A stretch of 48,670 nt of DNA from Trichomonas gallinae (Eukaryota). Below, one piece after another: positions 41,024 through 48,670 of the stretch (the stretch's first letter is position 1; every line of letters begins with the position of its first letter). The notes under the pieces are model-generated. The model saw only the letters and a program-made list of their open reading frames with translations, made no database searches and was not told the origin of the DNA. The DNA is taken from NCBI GenBank assembly GCA_008369845.1, contig MRSU01002031.1:1-48670 (forward strand). Reading direction: 5' to 3'. The position numbers were made by a program, and so were the translations under genes.

Positions 41024-43561
41024 TTATGAGAGGATTCCAACAATAAGCTTTGCAATAAGTTTCGCAATTTCGCTGTTGCCGCATAATGTCTCAACCATGC
41101 AAGATCCGTTCGGTTGGATAGTGATTCTCACGATGATCTTATCCTGCGAAACGGCCATAGCAGTGAAGAAGCTGCACTCGCCTTGTTTTCCGAGGAAGCA
41201 AAGATTCGTTCCGTGGAGAAACTCTTTGGCGTCGTTCGCGCTGTTTAATACTGAGCTTGGAACAGTGATGCATGGCTTCGGGCGTGGCTCCAGTGTCTCC
41301 ATCTGCTCTGAGAAAACAGCCTTTGTCATTCTGCCCATGCTTTCCGGCATCAACACAGCGGACAGAGTTAGCGGGATTCCGAAGAAAATGTTGTTTGGTC
41401 TGTTCGCGACAATAGCAACATTGATGTCGTCTTCAGCCTCAGCGTTCATTGGTGGTGTTGTCTGGTTCAAGTAGATCTTGAAGTCCTGAGAACTCTGCGA
41501 CTCGATGGGCTCGAATGTTTGCCCGTCTTTGACAGATAAACCAAAGATGTTGCCTTTGATAACAATCCTTGATATTTCGAATTTGACACTGCTTTGATTT
41601 GATATTCTGAGATTAATCCACCTTGTCATTCCGTCCTCGCTGCTCTCGAAGTTGCCTGATATCTCTGTCCAGAAGTTCTCTTGAGCAGATTCGGCGAGAA
41701 TTGGGTACACTATCGCTTGAGATGTTGTTCTTGATCCGAAATCTACATCTTCTACTGTGCTTGATGTCGGCGGTTTCTCGTCGTCGCAGATTATAGGCGG
41801 CGGCACGAACTCCGCTGGGAATTTGAGGTAGACACAAGCACAAGAACCAACTAATGGCAGTAATGTTTCGGCCAATGATGAAGGAAGGCCTGGTCTGACA
41901 ACAGATAATGACTGGTCCTCCTGTGAAGCAATGATTTCTAAGGCTCTTTCGCCTAAATCGTTGATAATATTTAGATAGAAAAACGCGCGATCTCTAATAT
42001 CAGGGTTATCTGAGTTATTTATGCTGATAGAAAGGATCTGCTCGAGCATAGACTTCGTGTCAGCCATAGATGGATTCGTGAGGAAGATTTTAACGACTGC
42101 AGCCATGATTGCGAGCTGAACATCAGGGGATTCGTTCTGATAATTGTGCACGAATATGGTGTCTATCAGTTCATGAGAGCGTTGTACGACAGCTGCGTTA
42201 GAAATTTTTGTGCTGTCTTCACCAATAATCCATGCTAAAGTTGCTTTTGCTCTATCGTCGCTGAAAGTTGACGGCATACATTGGCATATGGCTGGAATGA
42301 TTTTCTGATACTTGTCGTGATATTTTCTGATGATATTTGCGCTGATTGTGATACATTCTTGAATTGCGTATGAAACATTCGATTGAAGAAGGTTTTCTAT
42401 GATTTCGACGCATGTATCTGATACGGTTGGTGATAAAACTGCAATTTTACCGATATTTTGAATTGCTTTTCTTGAAAGCTTCTCTTCGTCAGAAAGAGCG
42501 TATTGCGCAAGTTCTTTCACGATCATAAGTGCATTTGACGATGTCATGAGGCTTAAAAGAATGTCGAGTTTAATTAATTCGATATAAAGCGGATCTTCTT
42601 CTTTAATTATGAAATTTTGCAAAAATGCGTCATCAGCCATATATGTCGTCGGAAAGTTTTGAAGAATTGTGTAGATTGACGTATATGCGACGTATTGAAT
42701 TTCTTCAGGATTATTTAAAAGAGCTGTAATCTTTTTGAGTGATGATTTCATTGATTCTCGCAATGCTGATTCGTGTATGAATGATGACATGTTGAAAATA
42801 ATGCGAATTGCTGCCATTGTTACTGCAGAATAAGCAGAAATCAAATATGGCGGCAATAATTTGATGATTTGTGTTGCTTCAGCCTCACTAGTTGGACTGT
42901 ATGAAGCAGCAAAGTTAAAAATGTTGATTTTTGCCCATTCATTCGATAAATTAGGAACCATTCCAAGTAGATTCGTAACATCTTTAAATTCCGGCGCGAT
43001 TAATGGTGTTGTGCGGAGAGAATTGATTTCTGTAATCGTAGCTGCAGCATTTGCAGCAACTAAAGGAGATTTATCGCGAAGTAAGCTTGTTAAGACTGGA
43101 ATGAGATTGAATTTCTGAATAGAATAAGGAGATGCGTGAAATGCCTTAAGAATTGAGAGCGCAGCTGCTTTTCTGACAAATGGATCTTGATGAGTGGCAC
43201 CACGTATAATTATTTGCATCATTTGATCGATTGATGTGTCTGTAATAAGTAAACCTGCTTGTTTTACTGCAGATGCAGCAATAATCGGATTTGCATTATT
43301 AAAATCCATTTCTAAAGCAGTATGATTTGATGCGTTTAATTTAGTGTCATCGGATATGTATTTGGATAAGATGTAATTGCGTTTTCTGATTGCATTCGCG
43401 TTAGATTTCGATAAAACTTTCGCAACTGAAGGAATCGCAGTCGAGCAGTTCTCTCCTTGAGCGACAAGGGTCACCACTTTATTCAGACCCTCAATGCTCG
43501 ATTTTCCATCCTTAGCTTGAAGCTTTTCAATCGCATCAACTAATGATTTCGACATGCTCAT
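41024..43561 (-). CDS. Adaptor protein complex beta subunit (beta-adaptin)
   Basis: DPFVRKAAAL, LLRDKSPLVAANA, NEWAK, DPLYIELIKLDIL, RKAIQNIGK, WIIGE, SDNPDIRDRAFFY; C-terminal appendage. Confidence 0.92.
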   Translation of the reverse strand: MSMSKSLVDAIEKLQAKDGKSSIEGLNKVVTLVAQGENCSTAIPSVAKVLSKSNANAIRKRNYILSKYISDDTKLNASNHTALEMDFNNANPIIAASAVKQAGLLITDTSIDQMMQIIIRGATHQDPFVRKAAALSILKAFHASPYSIQKFNLIPVLTSLLRDKSPLVAANAAATITEINSLRTTPLIAPEFKDVTNLLGMVPNLSNEWAKINIFNFAASYSPTSEAEATQIIKLLPPYLISAYSAVTMAAIRIIFNMSSFIHESALRESMKSSLKKITALLNNPEEIQYVAYTSIYTILQNFPTTYMADDAFLQNFIIKEEDPLYIELIKLDILLSLMTSSNALMIVKELAQYALSDEEKLSRKAIQNIGKIAVLSPTVSDTCVEIIENLLQSNVSYAIQECITISANIIRKYHDKYQKIIPAICQCMPSTFSDDRAKATLAWIIGEDSTKISNAAVVQRSHELIDTIFVHNYQNESPDVQLAIMAAVVKIFLTNPSMADTKSMLEQILSISINNSDNPDIRDRAFFYLNIINDLGERALEIIASQEDQSLSVVRPGLPSSLAETLLPLVGSCACVYLKFPAEFVPPPIICDDEKPPTSSTVEDVDFGSRTTSQAIVYPILAESAQENFWTEISGNFESSEDGMTRWINLRISNQSSVKFEISRIVIKGNIFGLSVKDGQTFEPIESQSSQDFKIYLNQTTPPMNAEAEDDINVAIVANRPNNIFFGIPLTLSAVLMPESMGRMTKAVFSEQMETLEPRPKPCITVPSSVLNSANDAKEFLHGTNLCFLGKQGECSFFTAMAVSQDKIIVRITIQPNGSCMVETLCGNSEIAKLIAKLIVGILS

Positions 43562-43735
43562 TTTTGAGTAAAATAAATTCTTGCAAAAGCTATTTTAACA
43601 TAATATAATTATATATTCGTGGGAATTTTGCGTTTATTTATCAAATGTCAAATAACATTACATGGCAAAATTTATTGAAATTATAAATTTACTTGGCATA
43701 TGTAATAAAAGTTTGATAATAACCTTAATGATCAA

Positions 43736-44168
43736 TTTACATGGCAAAATATTGTTCATTTTTTCTTCTCGCTTGTTCAAGCTCAATTTTATATCATTTC
43801 TCAGGCAAAATTCTTCCATTTTCATATGATGCATGCGATGTATTCTAAGATATAACTCAAAAAGGAAAAAATATACTACGAAAGATATTCCATCACTTGT
43901 TCCTCAGCGATTTGGACAAAAGTTATATCAATGAAACCACGATATCAAGACACGAACAAAACAAAAAATAGCTTCGTCTTAGCTTGTAGCTCCAGCAAAT
44001 ATCTCAAGTATTAACATCAACAAAAACACTATCATCAGAATTATAAAAAGTTTACATGACAAAAATTGAAGATAATTTTCATCTATATTTCTGGTTCAAT
44101 ATTCTAGTAATTTTGCTTTAAAATTCTTCCATTTTCATAAGAAGAATGCAGTATTATCTAAAGTAATA
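43736..44168 (+). repeat. Two degenerate ~120-bp direct repeats about 314 bp apart
   Basis: Both start TTTACATG[G/A]CAAAA (43736, 44051) and share the exact 20-mer AAAATTCTTCCATTTTCATA (43807, 44120). Confidence 0.7.
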
Positions 44169-44366
44169 TGTTATGCTGATAAACTAATAAAAAATCTATG
44201 TATTATTAACAGATATAAGCAAAAACATTATCATCAAATTTATGAAATTAACCTTATTTTGTAAAATTCTCAAACTAAATCGAAATGAAATATAAAATAA
44301 TTTACGTGTCAAAAATATTAAAAGACTATGACATGTGATATAATAAGATTTGAAAATAAACGGAAA

Positions 44367-47300
44367 ATGAGCGAGCTTTCGCCGGAACACAGCCAAAGTT
44401 CCGACGAAGTGTCAGACAATGAGCAGGTTAATGAATTAAATTCCAAGTTGATTAAAGAAAACGAAAGATTAACGCAGCAAGTTGCTTCATTGAAAGTTCA
44501 ACTCCGCGAAACTATCGAATTTCAAACGAAAAACGAGGAATTATACAAGAAAAATCTCGATTTACAGACAGAATTGAGAAAATCGCAGGCAACTATTGAT
44601 GATCTTAACTGCAGACTTTCGATTAATCTGAAATTACTTGAGGAATCTAAGAATAAGGAAACTCAAGTCAAACCAAGACTCGACTTACAAATGGGAACTG
44701 ATTTGTTTGAACGCGAAAGACGCAAATTTGCCAAACAAATCACAAAACTCAACGCGCAAATATCTTCAAATGAAGAATTATACTTACAACAAAAGCAAGA
44801 AATCACTAATCTTCACGATACTATCAACAAAATCATTACAGCGACATCTTCAAAATATAACGTCGTTTTTAAAGATGTCGAAGCATTGGTTTCATTCATT
44901 GAACAGATTCCTGAGAACTCAACAATCGAAAGTGCAACATCAGTTCCTGAAATTGCGCCTTTGTTTGATCCGAGATTGATTCGAAAAATACAAAAACTCA
45001 AGAAACAGCTGCGTAACACACGTTTCGAAAACATGGAAACAGAAAGCAAACTTAATGATATGTTTGGTCAGTTTGAAGAATTCCAAAAACAAGCTAATGA
45101 TCAGATACAAAAATTAAATATCGAATTAAATGACTCGAAACACAAGGCCAATCTCGCAGAAATAGAATACAAACATCAGCTAGATCAGATTCATGCTGAT
45201 AATATCGCATTAAAAGCAAATCTCGAAAAGTCAAATAAGAAACTCGAAGATTCTGAAAAAGAAGTTTCGAAATTACAAGCTATAGTCGTTCCAAATAATA
45301 ATATACAAGAAGAACTCGAATACGCTAAGAAAGAAAATGATCAATTGAATAATTTCTTGAAAGACAGAGATTATCAACTTGTTTCAGTCAAAGGACAAAT
45401 GGAAGTCTTGAATTCACAAATTAAGACACTTGAAACACAGCTTCAAGCTTCTAAAAAGAAAAATGAAAAATCTCAGAAAGATTACAACGATATTTCCGCA
45501 ACAGTTGACTCTTTGCGCATAGAAAACTCTGCACTGAAGCTCCAGAAGAGTTCTCTTGAAGAACAGATCCGCACAAATGAAACAAAACTCGAATCAATAA
45601 AAACTCAGCTAAAACAAGCCCAAACAGACATTTCTGTTCTCGATGCTGATAAGAAACGTTTACTAGCGTCAATAAAGGCCCTGGAAGACAACGGAGATGA
45701 AATGAGAAAAGAACATAAAGATTTATCTGATCAAAGGGATAAATTAATTGAAATTGTGCAAAAACAGAATAAAGCATCATCAGCTATGGAGGAACAGTGT
45801 GACGCCCAGACAACAGAATTAAAGCTTTTAAGATGCCAATTGGAAGATTTGAAATGCAAATTATCAAAAGAAATGGCTAAACCGCCTGTTGAAGTTTCCT
45901 TGCCTGTCACTGCATGGTTTACAGATGATTTACCACGTGATCTTTGTTCTAAGATTGCTCCAATCGCAAAGAAAGAAATTAGTTCGCAAACAAAGCTTAA
46001 ATCAGTTCTCTCAACCATAACAGAGTATTATAACAAGGCTTTAGCGCAGACAGAACAAAAATTAAAGGATGTTAACGAACATTTAACGAAATTACAGGAT
46101 TCAACGGATAAATTCGCTTCAAAAATTGGTTCTTTCTTCGGATTTGATGGTATTTCGGCTGAAACTGTTGCCAATGATCCATACACAATCAAAGAACTTG
46201 AAAGACAAATCACAAAACTTCAAAATGAAAATACCGAATCAAATGTTGTTAAATCACGCTTTGAGACAGAAATAAATGCTATTAACAGGAAACTTGAAAC
46301 AAGTTCAGTGTCAGAAAGCCTAGAAATGATAGAGAAATTAATTAATAAAGTCGAAAATCTTCAAGAAGAGCTTAAAAAAGAAAAATCAAACAACACGAAA
46401 GCAAAGAAGCTATTCAAATCAATGGAAGAATCGAAAGACAACGATTTGCAAAAGAAAGATAATTTAATTTCAGATCTCACTAAAAACGTTGATGATCTTA
46501 AAATACAAAAAGAAAATCTCCAAAACCAGATCAACAGAAACCAGAAGACAATCCAAACTCTCCAAAAGTCAATAGAAGAAGCTAAAATACAATATGAAGA
46601 CGAACTCGCTAAAATCAAGCGTGTTCATCAAAAAGACATACAGAGTATTACACAGAAATACGAAAACAAAGAAAAAGAAGTCTATAACGCAGTCAATCAA
46701 AAACAATCTGAAATTTCAAGAATTAAAGAGCAAAATTCGAATCTCGAGAGAACAATAGCAGCATTGCAATCGAAAGTCGACGAGATTCCGATAATCAAAA
46801 AAGCGCACGAAGAAGCTATGCATAAACTAGTAGAAGAGAGCGAAAACTCGGAAAATATCATTCGCGAGAATTCAGAAATAGAAAAGAACGAACTGAAGAA
46901 AGCCTACGAGGCGAGACTCGCTGAGTCCAAGCAGCAAAGCGAGGAAATCATCAAGGCCCACGAAGAATCATCGGGAGCCCTAAAAGAAGCCACACAAAGG
47001 ATCCAAGATTTGACGCAAAAATTAGTCGAGTCGAGTTTGATGATAGACGACTTAAAATCGCGTGTTGCCATTGCAAATGATGAGTGCCAGAGGCAGATAA
47101 GGATAAACGACATGAAGACCCGCGCAACACTACTATCGCAAGAGATGCACTACCAGTCTAGAATAGACGAAGAAAGGGCAAACTTTAACAGAGAAAAAAG
47201 GAAAATTATTGGATTTGTCGCTCAGCAATTCAGGAAATTCTTTGATGCTCATTGCGAGCTTGACGATAACAGTCTTAGAACTACTGTTAACGCAGTCAGA

Positions 47301-47420
47301 GATGAACTAGACAAATATTCGAAATCAGATATCAACATTCGTAAGATTTTGATGATCGGAGAAACAGATTCCGTGGAAGATGCTGTATCAAAGTTAGTTT
47401 TATCTATATATCAGAAATAA
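44367..47420 (+). CDS. Long coiled-coil protein, unknown function
   Basis: About 1017 aa, K/E/Q/L-rich with heptad character; no ATPase or motor motifs seen. Confidence 0.8.
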   Translation: MSELSPEHSQSSDEVSDNEQVNELNSKLIKENERLTQQVASLKVQLRETIEFQTKNEELYKKNLDLQTELRKSQATIDDLNCRLSINLKLLEESKNKETQVKPRLDLQMGTDLFERERRKFAKQITKLNAQISSNEELYLQQKQEITNLHDTINKIITATSSKYNVVFKDVEALVSFIEQIPENSTIESATSVPEIAPLFDPRLIRKIQKLKKQLRNTRFENMETESKLNDMFGQFEEFQKQANDQIQKLNIELNDSKHKANLAEIEYKHQLDQIHADNIALKANLEKSNKKLEDSEKEVSKLQAIVVPNNNIQEELEYAKKENDQLNNFLKDRDYQLVSVKGQMEVLNSQIKTLETQLQASKKKNEKSQKDYNDISATVDSLRIENSALKLQKSSLEEQIRTNETKLESIKTQLKQAQTDISVLDADKKRLLASIKALEDNGDEMRKEHKDLSDQRDKLIEIVQKQNKASSAMEEQCDAQTTELKLLRCQLEDLKCKLSKEMAKPPVEVSLPVTAWFTDDLPRDLCSKIAPIAKKEISSQTKLKSVLSTITEYYNKALAQTEQKLKDVNEHLTKLQDSTDKFASKIGSFFGFDGISAETVANDPYTIKELERQITKLQNENTESNVVKSRFETEINAINRKLETSSVSESLEMIEKLINKVENLQEELKKEKSNNTKAKKLFKSMEESKDNDLQKKDNLISDLTKNVDDLKIQKENLQNQINRNQKTIQTLQKSIEEAKIQYEDELAKIKRVHQKDIQSITQKYENKEKEVYNAVNQKQSEISRIKEQNSNLERTIAALQSKVDEIPIIKKAHEEAMHKLVEESENSENIIRENSEIEKNELKKAYEARLAESKQQSEEIIKAHEESSGALKEATQRIQDLTQKLVESSLMIDDLKSRVAIANDECQRQIRINDMKTRATLLSQEMHYQSRIDEERANFNREKRKIIGFVAQQFRKFFDAHCELDDNSLRTTVNAVRDELDKYSKSDINIRKILMIGETDSVEDAVSKLVLSIYQK

Positions 47421-47772
47421 AATTGTTTATTTATTTGTTTTTATAATTTATCAAAATTTTTCCTTTCAAAACATTAATTTTCTCATTGATTTTCATTCCA
47501 ATACTACACATTTCTATATAAAACTCGTAGTAACACATGAAAATTTCAATTCTCTTTGATAATGTTTTAAAAAATCAATTTCTCTGCTTTTGAGAATGAA
47601 AATTCGATTTTCTATCATCATATGGATATATATACTTGTGATACATTAAAAATTGATGAAATATAAAATGAAAAATATGAAATTAAACAGTATTTTTCAG
47701 ATTAGATGTAAAAATATGATTCATGTATAAACATATGACTTAGAATGATAGTTTAAATTAAACAAAAAGAAA

Positions 47773-48360
47773 TTAACAGCAACCCTTATTGTTTTCTTTT
47801 TTGGCTGCATCTGTAACTGAAGGCGTCCTATCTAGTGTTTTATTAGATTGAAGTGCAGCAGCTGCAACAGCTTGAAATAGTTGATCTACTGAATCTCCTG
47901 TTCTTGCAGAAACAAAGAATATATCATCGCAGACTGATTCTGCCTTTGCTCTCGCTTCATCCATAGTTAAAGGAGCACCTTCTATCAAATCAATCTTATT
48001 AATAGCGGCAATAATTGGTGGATTTTCGCCGGATGCGAATAATCTTTCTTTCCATACTTTCATGTGATCGACAGAATCAGGATTTACAATAGAACCAGTA
48101 ATGATACAGACGTTAGCACCGCGTGCATACATTGGCACCAAAGCAGCAAACTGCTCCTGGCCAGCTGTATCCCATAACATTAACTCGACGTTATGATCTT
48201 CGACTTTTAGTTTGGTTTTAATATGTGATGCGCCAACGGTTGGATTCATTTTGAAATCGAAGGCATCAAGTGACTGCCTGCGCGCTAGCGAAGTCTTGCC
48301 GACGCCAGCATCGCCAAGAATAATGACTTTGTACTTCTCATACTCGATGGGTTCAGTCAT
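47773..48360 (-). CDS. Rab-family small GTPase
   Basis: GDAGVGKT, PTVGA, WDTAGQE, NKID, SAR, C-terminal CC prenylation motif. Confidence 0.95.
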   Translation of the reverse strand: MTEPIEYEKYKVIILGDAGVGKTSLARRQSLDAFDFKMNPTVGASHIKTKLKVEDHNVELMLWDTAGQEQFAALVPMYARGANVCIITGSIVNPDSVDHMKVWKERLFASGENPPIIAAINKIDLIEGAPLTMDEARAKAESVCDDIFFVSARTGDSVDQLFQAVAAAALQSNKTLDRTPSVTDAAKKENNKGCC

Positions 48361-48624
48361 CGGGAAAAAGTTGCGATTCTGTCATGTAAAGTGTCATAAA
48401 ATTTGACAATCTGACAAGATTTTTGACAGCTATCAAAACAAGAATAAAAAAAACCTTTTACATAGATACGAATGAAACGAACTCATTAGAAAGCTCAATT
48501 GAATATGATTTCCACTAGTGGGATGGATAGCATCAACTTTCAATCTCAATTATTAAATAAAAATGGTTATTGTAATAATATATATTATAATAAGTAGTAT
48601 ATGAAGTGTGATATTTAGGTTTAC

Positions 48625-48669
48625 TTAAAATTCTTCAGTGTAGGGCTCGTTTCTCCGTTCCTCTCCCTC
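48625..48669 (-). CDS. Possible 3' end of a gene extending beyond the window
   Basis: Abrupt GC-rich stretch at the window edge reading EGEERRNEPYTEEF* on the minus strand, followed by TAAA. Confidence 0.3.
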   Translation of the reverse strand, partial: EGEERRNEPYTEEF

Positions 48670-48670
48670 C

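Noticed and set aside
44367..47420. SMC, myosin or viral A-type inclusion assignment for the coiled-coil protein
   Set aside because: No Walker A/B, hinge or motor motifs; the similarity would be compositional only.

Overview
Eukaryotic, AT-rich, gene-dense and apparently intron-less DNA. It most resembles a parabasalid such as Trichomonas vaginalis: TCATTTT Inr-like elements sit just before ATGs, TAA stops double as TAAA poly(A) signals, and ankyrin, Myb, Rab and PAS-membrane-protein families are present. The organism assignment is an inference. About 20 intact or near-intact genes are supported: PP2A B''-like EF-hand protein, HECT E3, small TM protein, TTLL4-like glutamylase, RPL31, DH-PH-FYVE protein, RRM protein, Furry/Tao3-like protein, PH-like protein, bromodomain-ET protein, UFD1, SPT6, RPL23, ankyrin protein, exportin-like protein, TM-PAS-degenerate cyclase, HTH/Myb protein, beta-adaptin, coiled-coil protein and Rab. 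There are also three decayed ankyrin pseudogenes and several non-coding repeats. I found no CRISPR array, tRNA, rRNA or transposase. The main observations are: (1) an 11-bp intergenic motif TG[T/C/A]CATGTAAA near many gene starts, including a 40-bp-phased array; (2) an exact 14-mer shared by both ribosomal protein promoters in opposite orientation; (3) a GTG in start-codon context for the DH-PH-FYVE gene; (4) apparently inactive variants, namely a pseudo-cyclase and a bromodomain lacking its conserved Asn. All family calls were made by eye and no searches were run.
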